Assembly: GCA_038883715.1 (NCBI GenBank)
Contig: JAVZLS010000003.1
Location: 61,160-125,159 of the forward strand
DNA from: Candidatus Bathyarchaeia archaeon
Lineage (GTDB): Archaea > Thermoproteota > Bathyarchaeia > Bathyarchaeales > Bathycorpusculaceae
Length of the DNA stretch: 64,000 bases
Direction of reading: 5' to 3'
Shown here: piece after piece, positions 9,536-18,726 of the stretch
Layout: every line of letters starts with the position of its first letter
How positions within the stretch are numbered: position 1 is the stretch's first letter
Program-made: the position numbers and the translations under genes
Notes under the pieces: model-generated
Told to the model about the DNA's origin: nothing
Databases searched by the model: none
The model's input: only the letters and a program-made list of their open reading frames with translations

Positions 9536-10060
9536 GTGAAAGGCATGAAGGCGGAAGAAAAGGCAAGCGAGGAAGTTAGGGAAGAAGCCAGCAAAGGAGA
9601 AACCGAGCAGAAAGAAGAGAGAATAGTCGAGGAGGCAAAAGAGGGGACTGCAGAGGAACCTTTAGAGGAAGAATTAGAGAAGGGTGAAGCTGAAAAACCG
9701 TTAGAAGAGGAAGCAGTCGAAGAAGAGGTCAAGCCTCCAAGAGAGGAGATTGAAGAAGAAATCGTTGAAGAAAGATTTTATACGATACCGCTTGGTAAGG
9801 CTTGGCTTGTGCCCCCGAACAAGAGGGCGCCAAAAGCCATTAGGATAATACGGGATTTTATTAAGAGGCATATGAAGCTTGAAGCCAAAAGAGAGGGCGA
9901 GGAAGAAGAGGAAGCCGAGCCTAAAAAGCTCATAATAAGTAATGAGGTAAATGAAAAAGTTTGGAGCAGAGGCATAGAAAAGCCTCCACGGAAAATACGT
10001 GTAAGAGCTGCCAGAGATAAGGATGGAAACGTTACTGTTTATTTGGCTGAAGGAGACTGA
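9536..10060 (+). CDS. rpl31e: 50S ribosomal protein L31e with long acidic N-terminal extension
   Basis: ERFYTIPL...KRAPKAIR...NEKVWSRGIEKPPRKIRVR. Confidence 0.93.
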   Translation: MKGMKAEEKASEEVREEASKGETEQKEERIVEEAKEGTAEEPLEEELEKGEAEKPLEEEAVEEEVKPPREEIEEEIVEERFYTIPLGKAWLVPPNKRAPKAIRIIRDFIKRHMKLEAKREGEEEEEAEPKKLIISNEVNEKVWSRGIEKPPRKIRVRAARDKDGNVTVYLAEGD

Positions 10061-10062
10061 GC

Positions 10063-10743
10063 TTGGCAATTTACCTAGCAAGCCTTTTCGGAAGTGCAAG
10101 CATAGGAGTATACTCACTTGCTACTGAGAAGATGCTCATAATTCCCAAGTTTGTTCCTCTCAAAAAAGCTGAAAGAATTGGAAATTGGCTCAAAGTCAAA
10201 CTTGTGCACACAACCATAGGTGGCTCAATACTGGTCGGCGCTTTAGCCTGCGCCAACTCAAACGGAATTCTCTTACCCCATTTTGTAAGGGACGATGAAA
10301 TCGAAGCAATAAAAGCCGCATTCGACGGAAACATAACGGTTATGGAAACCAAAAAGACGGCTTACGGAAACATGGTTTTAGCAAACGATTACGGTGCAAT
10401 TGTAGACCCAAGGCTAAAAACTTCCGAAATTAGAAAAATCGCCGACACCCTTGGTGTCGAGGCTGTTCCGGGAGAAATAGCCCAACTTCCATATGTTGGT
10501 TCTTTGGCAGTTGCAACTAATAAAGGCGTATTGGCGCATCCTATGCTGAAGGAAGAAGAGCGCAAACTTTTGGAAGATGTTCTCAAAGTGCCAGTGGATG
10601 TTGGCACCGTTAACTGCGGCATACCATATGTGGGAACCGGTCTTATAGGCAATAGCCACGCTGCTGTTGCTGGTTCCCTGACGACTGGTCCAGAAATGTT
10701 TATAATTGGACATGCCTTGGGTGTAGTAAAGGAAGATGAGTGA
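10063..10743 (+). CDS. eif6: Translation initiation factor 6 (aIF6)
   Basis: GNMVLAND, VGTVNCG, TTGPE; operon context. Confidence 0.96.
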   Translation: MAIYLASLFGSASIGVYSLATEKMLIIPKFVPLKKAERIGNWLKVKLVHTTIGGSILVGALACANSNGILLPHFVRDDEIEAIKAAFDGNITVMETKKTAYGNMVLANDYGAIVDPRLKTSEIRKIADTLGVEAVPGEIAQLPYVGSLAVATNKGVLAHPMLKEEERKLLEDVLKVPVDVGTVNCGIPYVGTGLIGNSHAAVAGSLTTGPEMFIIGHALGVVKEDE

Positions 10744-10975
10744 AGTGAAAGTTTTCAGAGTTACAGGCGAAATCAGAAAGCCAAATCTGAAAACCCACTT
10801 CAGAAAAGAGGTCATAGCAACCAAGCCAGAACACGCCATAGAAAAAGTCTATACCGAGTTGGGCAGCAAACACCGCGTTAAACGCTTCCACATAAAAATA
10901 ACCAACGTTGACGAAATCTCACCACAAGAGATTGAGGACCCCTTGATAAGGAAAATGGTTGCAGGGGAAGTATAA
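10736..10975 (+). CDS. rpl18a: 50S ribosomal protein L18Ae/LX
   Basis: EKVYTELGSKHRVKR. Confidence 0.95.
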   Translation: MSEVKVFRVTGEIRKPNLKTHFRKEVIATKPEHAIEKVYTELGSKHRVKRFHIKITNVDEISPQEIEDPLIRKMVAGEV

Positions 10976-10976
10976 G

Positions 10977-11423
10977 TTGGCAGCAAAGGCTGAAGAAGAA
11001 CTCAGAAGATTAAGTGTTGAAATGCGGATTTTAGAGCAGACGGCAGAAGCCTTGCAATCACGAATAAGCATGATAAACGCCGTAATAACGGATCTAACCT
11101 ATGCAAACATGACGTTGGAAGGCTTGGAAAAACAGAAAGAAAACGCGGAACTTCTAGTACCAATAGGGGGGAACTCCTACATAAGGGCGAGGCTCGAAAC
11201 CCCGGACAAGGTAACCGTTGGAATCGGAGCTGGCGTCTCGGTTGAGAAAACTTTGCAAGAGGCAAAGGAGATAATTAGGAAAAGGCTTGAAGACTTGGAG
11301 AAGAGTAGGGCTTCTCTCCAGCAGCAATTTTCACAAGTTGTTGACAGAATTAACGAGGATAGGGAACGCTTTGAGGAGTTGGCAGCCCAATTAAGGAAGG
11401 AGACCACTCCAAGGAATGTTTGA
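10977..11423 (+). CDS. pfdA: Prefoldin alpha subunit
   Basis: ELLVPIGG...VGIGAGVSVEK between coiled coils; TTG start chosen just after the rpl18a stop. Confidence 0.93.
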   Translation: MAAKAEEELRRLSVEMRILEQTAEALQSRISMINAVITDLTYANMTLEGLEKQKENAELLVPIGGNSYIRARLETPDKVTVGIGAGVSVEKTLQEAKEIIRKRLEDLEKSRASLQQQFSQVVDRINEDRERFEELAAQLRKETTPRNV

Positions 11424-12321
11424 GAAGCTTAAGTCCGGTTTAAGCAGCTTAATAAACAAGATTACAACAACAGAGTTTAAACCCGAAAACCTCCGCCCAA
11501 TACTTTCAGAGTTTAAGTTAAACCTAATAGAAAATGACGTTGCGGTGCCTGTGGCAGAACGCATATGCGAGGAAATGGAAAGACGCCTAAATGGTGTTCA
11601 AATCAAAAGGCTTGAAGACAAAAAGAAGATTGTGGAACAGCACCTCCGCGAAGTACTCTTGGAAGTCATGCTTACAAACAGTAAGATAGACCTTTTTAAG
11701 GCTATTGAAGAAAAAAGAAAGAAAAAAGAACCTTTTGTTATTGTTTTTGTTGGAATAAATGGCACCGGGAAAACGACGACTATAGCTAAAGTTGCTAAGC
11801 TCTTGAACAATAGGGGTTATACTGTTGTGCTTGCGTGCAGCGACACATACAGGGCGGGTTCAATTGAGCAGTTAGAAACCCATGCCAAGCGTTTGGGCAT
11901 ACGAATGATAAAGCACAAATACGGCGCAGATCCAGCAGCTGTAGCCTACGACGCAATAAACCATGCAAAGGCTCATGGAATCCACGCTGTTTTGATAGAT
12001 ACCGCTGGTCGAATGCAAACAAACCGAAACTTGATGATCGAGCTGGCGAAAATTAAGCGGGTTGTGAATCCTGACCTAACCATTTTGACGGTTGACTCCC
12101 TAACTGGCAATGATGCAGTAATGCAGGCCGAAGAGTTCCACAAAAGTGTCGGCATAGACGCAACAATACTGACAAAAGTGGACGCCGACATTAAAGGCGG
12201 CTCAGCCCTAAGCGTAACCTATGTCACACAGAAACCCATCTTGTTCGTTGGAACCGGGCAAAAGTATGATGATTTAGAGGAGTTTCAGCCAGAAAAATTT
12301 GTGGACATGATACTGAAATAA
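11416..12321 (+). CDS. ftsY: SRP receptor FtsY
   Basis: GINGTGKTTT, DTYRAG, DTAGR, TKVD, GTGQ. Confidence 0.97.
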   Translation: MFEKLKSGLSSLINKITTTEFKPENLRPILSEFKLNLIENDVAVPVAERICEEMERRLNGVQIKRLEDKKKIVEQHLREVLLEVMLTNSKIDLFKAIEEKRKKKEPFVIVFVGINGTGKTTTIAKVAKLLNNRGYTVVLACSDTYRAGSIEQLETHAKRLGIRMIKHKYGADPAAVAYDAINHAKAHGIHAVLIDTAGRMQTNRNLMIELAKIKRVVNPDLTILTVDSLTGNDAVMQAEEFHKSVGIDATILTKVDADIKGGSALSVTYVTQKPILFVGTGQKYDDLEEFQPEKFVDMILK

Positions 12322-12328
12322 GCGGTTA

Positions 12329-12895
12329 TTATTTTTGCTTATGTTTATTCACCGTGAAGCGTAACCGCTTAAAGATCTCTTCAAAGCCCAACTTCTTAAA
12401 CAGCTTTAAAGATGGAATATTATTAGAGTAAACGTCGGCTTCTACACATTCTGCGCCTTTATCTATGAACCATTCAAGCATAGCCTTTACAAGCGCCTTG
12501 CCGATGCCACGTCTTCTATAGGATTTTTCAACAAAACAGTCGCATATGTAGCCTCTCTTGCCCTTATAAGCCCAAGGCTGGCTAACCCAGCCGAGGGAGT
12601 AGCCAACTATTTTTCCTTCAACTTCGGCGACAAAAACCACCGTGTTTTCGCCTTTTATGTTCTTAAGAATCCAGCTTGGGCTTTGGAACCCGCTGGGCAT
12701 GGGCGAAATCATAGAATCCATGGCGCTTTCGTCTCTTCCAAGCTTCTTCGAAAGTCTGACAATCTCCTGCAAATCCTCTTCATTAGCGTGTCGAATTTTC
12801 ACATTTACAAGGGTCTCGCTTGACGACTTTGCTTTATTCGATGGCATATAACCACTTCCAAAATTCAGCCTACCGCGGCGCCTCATTGACAACAT
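12329..12895 (-). CDS. GNAT family N-acetyltransferase
   Basis: YRRRGIGKAL acetyl-CoA motif, N...LFKKLGF; start uncertain. Confidence 0.88.
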   Translation of the reverse strand: MLSMRRRGRLNFGSGYMPSNKAKSSSETLVNVKIRHANEEDLQEIVRLSKKLGRDESAMDSMISPMPSGFQSPSWILKNIKGENTVVFVAEVEGKIVGYSLGWVSQPWAYKGKRGYICDCFVEKSYRRRGIGKALVKAMLEWFIDKGAECVEADVYSNNIPSLKLFKKLGFEEIFKRLRFTVNKHKQK

Positions 12896-13946
12896 TTAAT
12901 TTTTTGAGAACCTTGTGGCGCAATTGCGGATGAGTCAAATCCTCATCAAGGTCGATAAACTTAATCCTTAACTTCTTATTTACTTCGTCTGGCAGTTTTG
13001 CCATGCCCAGCACTTCAAATCGGAACAAGGCGGATTTATACCAGTTAATTCCCGGGTTTTTGCTCACTTTAAAGCCCAAATCATAGGCGAACTCTTCGTA
13101 GTTGGCAGTGCCATAGTCCATCGGATACACAGAAAAACCTTGAATAATATCTGTGATTACACAGTTCATCTTAGCAAGCAATTTTTGAACAGCCAACCAC
13201 TTTTTCAGCGAAGCCTCGTAATTAGTTAAGCCAAAATAACCAACACCATTTTCCTTAAGGCAAGCTACACCCCTCGTTATGAAAGCCCTTAAGCCAGAAG
13301 CTGTTTCAAGGGGCTCCGAAGAGAATACGTCGAACCTTCCTCGAAGCTCTTTTGGCAAGGGTTCAGCCACATTGTACTTCATGAACCCTATGTTAAAGCC
13401 ATAATCCTTATTGACTTCTTGCAAGAAATCGCCTAACCGCTTGTCAATGTCCAAAACGGTTATGCGGGAAGGCAAACCAGTTAAGGCTAAGGCAACGCTC
13501 AATAGGTCGTCATCGCCTATCAAAACAATTTCCTTCCCATTCAAGTCCCCATAATAGTGCATTAAGGCAACCCGCGCAACCACATCTTGCTCAAGCATGT
13601 AACCCTGGAAAAAGTCCAAAGACGGATTCGGTCTTTTTTCAGCAATCTTCTTGAACTTTTCAAGAACCTCTTTGAACCTTGCCTCGGGAATTACCCGTTT
13701 GCCAAGACATGACGGGCAGATTTTTCCCTCAAAATCTAGACCCCTCGGGTTAATTTTTGCCTTGCCCTTCTCAGTTATATAGAAACCGTTCTCATCAGCG
13801 ACTATAAGCCCTTCACTGTTAAGCCTCTTAAGCGTGGTCACAAAGTCTCTTAGTGAACAGTTCATTTTGTCAATAAGCTCCCAGAAAGTTCTCCTCGAAA
13901 CTGCAAGTTCATGCAGTATTTTTGCTTCCAGTCTCTCCAACAACAT
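12870..13946 (-). CDS. bpsA: Branched-chain polyamine synthase (N4-bis(aminopropyl)spermidine synthase)
   Basis: FFQGY, GDLNGKEIVLIGDDDLLS, LDIDKRL, GYFGLT; GGAGG before ATG 13946; directly downstream of speD. Confidence 0.88.
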   Translation of the reverse strand: MLLERLEAKILHELAVSRRTFWELIDKMNCSLRDFVTTLKRLNSEGLIVADENGFYITEKGKAKINPRGLDFEGKICPSCLGKRVIPEARFKEVLEKFKKIAEKRPNPSLDFFQGYMLEQDVVARVALMHYYGDLNGKEIVLIGDDDLLSVALALTGLPSRITVLDIDKRLGDFLQEVNKDYGFNIGFMKYNVAEPLPKELRGRFDVFSSEPLETASGLRAFITRGVACLKENGVGYFGLTNYEASLKKWLAVQKLLAKMNCVITDIIQGFSVYPMDYGTANYEEFAYDLGFKVSKNPGINWYKSALFRFEVLGMAKLPDEVNKKLRIKFIDLDEDLTHPQLRHKVLKKLNVVNEAPR

Positions 13947-14274
13947 CCCTCCTAATAACGTGTTTCTCAACGCTTGTAGGCCGAAACTCCTCCAACAGCA
14001 ATTCAAAAGCCCTCAAAGCTGGACCATCATCCCCGCATGTGAAAATGTCCAAAGCCATATAACCATACTCGGGCCATGTGTGAACACTCAAGTGCGACTC
14101 GCTTAAGAGGTAAATGGCAGAAACCCCATGAGGCTCAAACTGATGAAAACTTGAAGAGACAACATGCAAACCAGATTTAGCAACTACCCTATCCAAAACC
14201 ACCCGAAGATCTTCCACTCTTGAAATCTTCCGGGGATCCACACCCCGAAATTCGCCGATAATGTGGATGCCCAT
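13909..14274 (-). CDS. speD: S-adenosylmethionine decarboxylase proenzyme
   Basis: HQFEPHGVS...LSESHLSVHTWPEYG...DIFTCG; coupled to an aminopropyltransferase. Confidence 0.9.
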   Translation of the reverse strand: MGIHIIGEFRGVDPRKISRVEDLRVVLDRVVAKSGLHVVSSSFHQFEPHGVSAIYLLSESHLSVHTWPEYGYMALDIFTCGDDGPALRAFELLLEEFRPTSVEKHVIRRDVVGETGSKNTA

Positions 14275-14360
14275 AGCGAACACCCAACATTATCGTCGAA
14301 CTTCGGAAGCATGTTCCGCGTAGTGCCTTAAACCAACTATGCATACGTTTTCTATCCTCT

Positions 14361-14393
14361 GAAAATTTCCCGAAAAATTTTCCTTTTATAAAT
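14361..14393 (-). promoter_or_regulatory. TATA box (TTTATAAA, about 14386-14393) followed by an inverted repeat GAAAATTT-N6-AAATTTTC (14361-14382) upstream of speD-bpsA
   Basis: Palindrome read directly from the sequence; its position overlaps the expected transcription start. Confidence 0.45.
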
Positions 14394-14434
14394 CTTTTGC
14401 TGTGAAAGTGAGTATTGAAAATGCATAAACAGAC

Positions 14435-14914
14435 TTAAACTTTGGACATAAACTCCTTAAACTTTTGCAAATCCATTGGTATGAGAACTTCCCTCCTCAA
14501 TAACTCACATGGCCACTCTTTGCATTCATCACAGTACCCAATTCCCCTTTTTGCGGCACACGCCCTCCTTTCCGCCAACCACTTTTCTTTGGCTTTAAGA
14601 AACTCTGAAACGCCTTTTTCCTTGACTTGCTTCATGTTAAGCCACACGTCTAAAAACCACGCACTTGACTCCAATGTTTCTGCTTCGAAGAAATCGAAGA
14701 ATTTGCATGGAAAGCTTTCGCAGTCCAAACATATTCTAATGTTTTTGCCAGCTGCGCATTTGTAGATTTTGCAGTATTTTTGATATTCTTTGCTTAACCC
14801 TTTACTGCTTCTGCAACCCTTGCATTCGCCGCTAAGTAAGCCAGTGCACTCGCCACAGTAAAGCCCGCAAGGAGCAACAAGATTCCAATCCTTTGCTTTC
14901 AAACACTCAGCCAC
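14435..14914 (-). CDS. DUF3795 Cys-rich protein
   Basis: APCGLYCGEC...CKGC...CKIYKCA...CLDCESFPC repeats; start approximate. Confidence 0.85.
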   Translation of the reverse strand: MAECLKAKDWNLVAPCGLYCGECTGLLSGECKGCRSSKGLSKEYQKYCKIYKCAAGKNIRICLDCESFPCKFFDFFEAETLESSAWFLDVWLNMKQVKEKGVSEFLKAKEKWLAERRACAAKRGIGYCDECKEWPCELLRREVLIPMDLQKFKEFMSKV

Positions 14915-14927
14915 ATTATCCCTAATC

Positions 14928-15842
14928 CTAGAATTTTCCAAGAAGTTTAAGCAGTATGGCCTTCGCCGAGTAAAGACGATTCTCACTTTGCTCATAAATA
15001 ATCGAGTTTGGACCTTCTATGACGTCTGCGCTTATCTCGTAGCCTCTGTGAATGGGCATGTCATGCATTATGTAGGCGTTGCTTCCCCGTAATAGCTCCT
15101 TATTTATTTGATATGGCATCATGAGCTTGATGCGCTTTTCCTTTTCAGCGGCAAATTTTGGGTCTGTGAAGAATTCCATGTCAACCCACGTGTCGGTGTA
15201 AACAAAGTCTGCATCCCTTAAGGCTTCCTTAACGTCCAACGTGATCTCGTAAAGCCCAGTTTTCTTGGCTTCTTCTAGAAGCTCATCGTCTCTTGAAGGC
15301 TCATTGAAAATCGGCGTAACTGTGGTTATTTTTACCCCTGTTTTGGTGCATCCTTCAATAAGAGAGTTGCACACATTATTGTGAACACCAATGTAAATCA
15401 GCTTTAAGCCCTTCAGCTTGCCCTTCTTCTCCTTCATGGTCATCAAGTCAGCTATTGCTTGGCTCGGGTGATATTTTTCGTCGCAACCATTTATTACTGG
15501 AACTCGAGAGGCTTTAGCCATTACTTGAAGATCGGCGTTCCGCAGAAGCCTCGCCATTATACAGTCGACATTCCTTGATAAGTATTGGGTTTCGTCGTAT
15601 ATGTCAGCTATTGTGAAGTTTGTTGTACGCCAATCAATGTAAAGGGCGTGACCCCCAAGCTGCGTCATAGCTACCTCAAAAGAAACCCTTGTACGCGTAG
15701 AAGTCTTTTGGAATATCATAGCTAGGGATTTGCCATCTAACGCCTTGCGATATTTTTCTGGATTCTGCTTCACCTCAATAGCCTTATCAATTATTTCCAA
15801 AAGCTGTTGCCCGGACAAATTTTTAAAGTTGATCAGGTGCAT
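14928..15842 (-). CDS. argF: Ornithine carbamoyltransferase
   Basis: STRTRVSF, HPSQ, YTDTW, HDMP motifs. Confidence 0.9.
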   Translation of the reverse strand: MHLINFKNLSGQQLLEIIDKAIEVKQNPEKYRKALDGKSLAMIFQKTSTRTRVSFEVAMTQLGGHALYIDWRTTNFTIADIYDETQYLSRNVDCIMARLLRNADLQVMAKASRVPVINGCDEKYHPSQAIADLMTMKEKKGKLKGLKLIYIGVHNNVCNSLIEGCTKTGVKITTVTPIFNEPSRDDELLEEAKKTGLYEITLDVKEALRDADFVYTDTWVDMEFFTDPKFAAEKEKRIKLMMPYQINKELLRGSNAYIMHDMPIHRGYEISADVIEGPNSIIYEQSENRLYSAKAILLKLLGKF

Positions 15843-15947
15843 TTCGTCTTCCACCAGTTCTGAACCTAGAGCTTCAACAGTTTTAAGCATTATAAGTTTT
15901 ATGGAAATCTTTATCCCTAAACAGAGCATCTTGCAATTGGATAAGAG

Positions 15948-16757
15948 ATGATTCTGATAGCCGCGTCAACAAAAGATTTGGCAAGCGTAAACATCGCAAA
16001 ACAGATTCTAGGCAAATATCCATTCAAGCAGGTTAAAGAAAAAGTTTACAACGCCGAGGTTTCTGGTCGAAAAGTTGAACTTGTAATGTTGGATGAGGAG
16101 TTGGTTTATGCACAGAACATAACCGCATCATATCCATCACTTGACCTTGTCATCTTCATTTCAAGGCATAGTAGCCAAAGCGGAACCCCAACACTCTCGG
16201 TACATACTCCTGGAAACCTCGAAAATGCAGATTTAGGCGGAATCCCAAGAAAAGTGTCTATTTCACCGGCAAACGCTATGAAAGCAGCATTGAGCACCAT
16301 GGCAAAACTTGCCGAAGAAAAAAGTTTGAATTATAAAGTTTCTTACGAGTGTACCCATCACGGTCCATCACTTGATATGCCGGCAATGTTCGCCGAATTA
16401 GGAAGCACCCCAAAAGAATGGGGAGATTTAGAGGCGGCGGAGGTTGTTGCGCATGCCACAATAAACGCTGTGAAAAATTTTGACAAGCAAAATAGCAAGG
16501 TGGCGCTGGGTATTGGAGGACCTCATTATAACGAGAAGTTCACCAGAATGGCTTTGGAGGGAAATATAGCCTTCGGTCACATCGTGCCAAAATACGCCGT
16601 CGCAAAAATTGATGAGGCTATCTTGCAGCAGTGTGTTGAAAGAACTTTGGAAAAGGTTGACTTTGCTGTTTTAGACTGGAAGGGGATAAAGGGCGAAGAC
16701 AAGCCAAACATTGTTGAACTGCTTAATAGAGTGGGAGTGGAGTCCCAAAAAGTTTAA
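15948..16757 (+). CDS. dtdA: D-aminoacyl-tRNA deacylase (archaeal DTD2)
   Basis: SRHSS, SVHTPGN, ECTHHGPS, GGPHY. Confidence 0.93.
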   Translation: MILIAASTKDLASVNIAKQILGKYPFKQVKEKVYNAEVSGRKVELVMLDEELVYAQNITASYPSLDLVIFISRHSSQSGTPTLSVHTPGNLENADLGGIPRKVSISPANAMKAALSTMAKLAEEKSLNYKVSYECTHHGPSLDMPAMFAELGSTPKEWGDLEAAEVVAHATINAVKNFDKQNSKVALGIGGPHYNEKFTRMALEGNIAFGHIVPKYAVAKIDEAILQQCVERTLEKVDFAVLDWKGIKGEDKPNIVELLNRVGVESQKV

Positions 16758-16844
16758 CAACCTAGCACTATTACATGCTTAGATAGAAAAGTTAATAGAA
16801 ATGCTTGTTTATCTGTATCAAAGCGCAACTTGCTGGTTGGCAAA

Positions 16845-17012
16845 ATGGGTTTAAGGTCTTTCCTATCACAATGCGCAAGAACATTAAAACTTGCAGTTAA
16901 ACCCGGCAGAAGCGAGCTGTGGCTATCGATAAAAATATGCTTCTTGGGCATTGGCGCCATAGGACTTATAGGCTTTATAATTGCCATGCTAACAAGGCTA
17001 ATATCGTTTTAA
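16845..17012 (+). CDS. secE: Protein translocase SecE/Sec61-gamma
   Basis: RTLKLAVKP...GIGAIGLIGFII; immediately upstream of spt5. Confidence 0.9.
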   Translation: MGLRSFLSQCARTLKLAVKPGRSELWLSIKICFLGIGAIGLIGFIIAMLTRLISF

Positions 17013-17036
17013 ATCATACGAGGGAGCGATGGAAGT

Positions 17037-17510
17037 TTGGAAAAATTACCCACAAAAATTTTCGCCATAAGAACCACGACGGGACAGGAGAGAAACGTGG
17101 CTAAGCTTGTTGCGGCAAGAATAGAGATGAACAAAATACCGGTGAAGGCCATTCTTGTTCCAGACACGTTGAGGGGCTATATCTTTATGGAAGCGGAAGG
17201 CCCCCACTTTGTTGAGCAAGCCATAGCTGGCATAAAGCATGTTAGGTCAAGGGTTCCGGACTTCGTTAGCTTTTCTGAGATTGAAAAGTATGTCGTGAGA
17301 AAGCCCATTATAGAGGAGCTGCACGAAAACGACATAGTTGAGGTTACAGACGGCCCCTTCAAGGGAATGCGAGCTAAAATCACGCGCATTGACAGGACGA
17401 AGGAGGAGGTAACGCTGGAGCTTCTTGAAGCTACCTTTACGCTTCCAATAACGGTTCATTCGGATTACGTTAAGCTTGTTGAAAGGGCAAAAACTGAAGG
17501 AGGACCATAA
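17037..17510 (+). CDS. spt5: Transcription elongation factor Spt5 (NusG)
   Basis: [20 protein letters not shown] motif [10 protein letters not shown]. Confidence 0.96.
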   Translation: MEKLPTKIFAIRTTTGQERNVAKLVAARIEMNKIPVKAILVPDTLRGYIFMEAEGPHFVEQAIAGIKHVRSRVPDFVSFSEIEKYVVRKPIIEELHENDIVEVTDGPFKGMRAKITRIDRTKEEVTLELLEATFTLPITVHSDYVKLVERAKTEGGP

Positions 17511-17511
17511 C

Positions 17512-18006
17512 ATGGGCGAGAAAAAAGTTGTGGAATTGCTTGTAAGCGGAGGACAAGCAACGGCTGGTCCACCCTTGGGTCCGGCTCTGGGACCTCTTGG
17601 CGTTAACGTCATGGCCGTTGTGAATAAGATTAATGAGCTTACGAAAGATTATGCTGGAATGAAGGTTCCAGTGAAGGTTACTGTCGACCCTGAAACAAAA
17701 ACCTTTGAAGTTAGTGTTGGAACGCCCACAGCCTCAGCCCTGATTGTCAGTGAGCTTAAAATTGAGAAGGGTTCTGGAAACCCTAAGGCGCAGAAAGTTG
17801 GAAACCTAACAATACAACAGCTTATTCGCATAGCTAAGATAAAGCGTCCAGAATTGCTTTCGAAAACGTTGAAGTCTGCGGCCAAAGAAATTCTTGGAAC
17901 ATGCGTAAGCATGGGCGTAACCGTTGAGGGGAAAGACCCTAAAGAGGTTATGCGAGAAATCGACGAAGGAAAATATGACAAAATATTCGCTGAAAGCGAA
18001 GCGTAA
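17512..18006 (+). CDS. rpl11: 50S ribosomal protein L11
   Basis: [28 protein letters not shown]. Confidence 0.97.
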   Translation: MGEKKVVELLVSGGQATAGPPLGPALGPLGVNVMAVVNKINELTKDYAGMKVPVKVTVDPETKTFEVSVGTPTASALIVSELKIEKGSGNPKAQKVGNLTIQQLIRIAKIKRPELLSKTLKSAAKEILGTCVSMGVTVEGKDPKEVMREIDEGKYDKIFAESEA

Positions 18007-18059
18007 AGGAACATTTTTATAATGGCTTTATAATCCATCAATGGCACGGAGCCAGCAAA

Positions 18060-18713
18060 ATGCCAATAGAACAGAAAACACTGCTTTCAGCCTTAAAAGA
18101 GGCAAAAGAGAAAGGCGGCAAAAGAAACTTCACCCAGTCAGTTGAGCTCATCTTAAACTTGCAAGACATTGACATTAAATCTCCAGAAGGAAGGCTTCAA
18201 GAAAACGTGGAGTTACCTTATCCGCCGACAGAGAAAACAAACAAGATCTGCGTAATTGCCACCGGCGAGCTCGCCCTCAAAGCAAAAAGGGCTAATGCCG
18301 ACCTAGTGCTGGATAGGGCTGAGCTTGAAGGATTAGCTGGAAAGAAAAAAGACCTGCGTAAACTAGCCAACGAATACGATTTCTTCATTGCGGAAGCACC
18401 TCTAATGCCGTTAGTTGGCAAGGTTTTAGGTCCAGCCCTTGGACCACGTAGTAAAATGCCAGTACCGGTTCCGCCTACAGCAGACATTGAAAGCTTGCTA
18501 AAAAGGTACCGCAAAACTGTTGTTGTTAGGATGCGCAATCAGCCAGTAATCCAGTGTCGCATCGGAACGGAGAACATGAAAGAGGAAGAATTAGCGGAAA
18601 ACATACAGGCTGTCTTGAGGGTCGTTGAGGGGAAACTGAAAAGGGGAATGAAAAACATTAAATCAATATGCATAAAAACAACCATGGGCGCGCCAGTAAA
18701 AATTAAGCTATAA
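18060..18713 (+). CDS. rpl1: 50S ribosomal protein L1
   Basis: RNFTQSVEL, LGPALGPR, KTTMG. Confidence 0.97.
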   Translation: MPIEQKTLLSALKEAKEKGGKRNFTQSVELILNLQDIDIKSPEGRLQENVELPYPPTEKTNKICVIATGELALKAKRANADLVLDRAELEGLAGKKKDLRKLANEYDFFIAEAPLMPLVGKVLGPALGPRSKMPVPVPPTADIESLLKRYRKTVVVRMRNQPVIQCRIGTENMKEEELAENIQAVLRVVEGKLKRGMKNIKSICIKTTMGAPVKIKL

Positions 18714-18726
18714 AGAGGGGAAGCGT

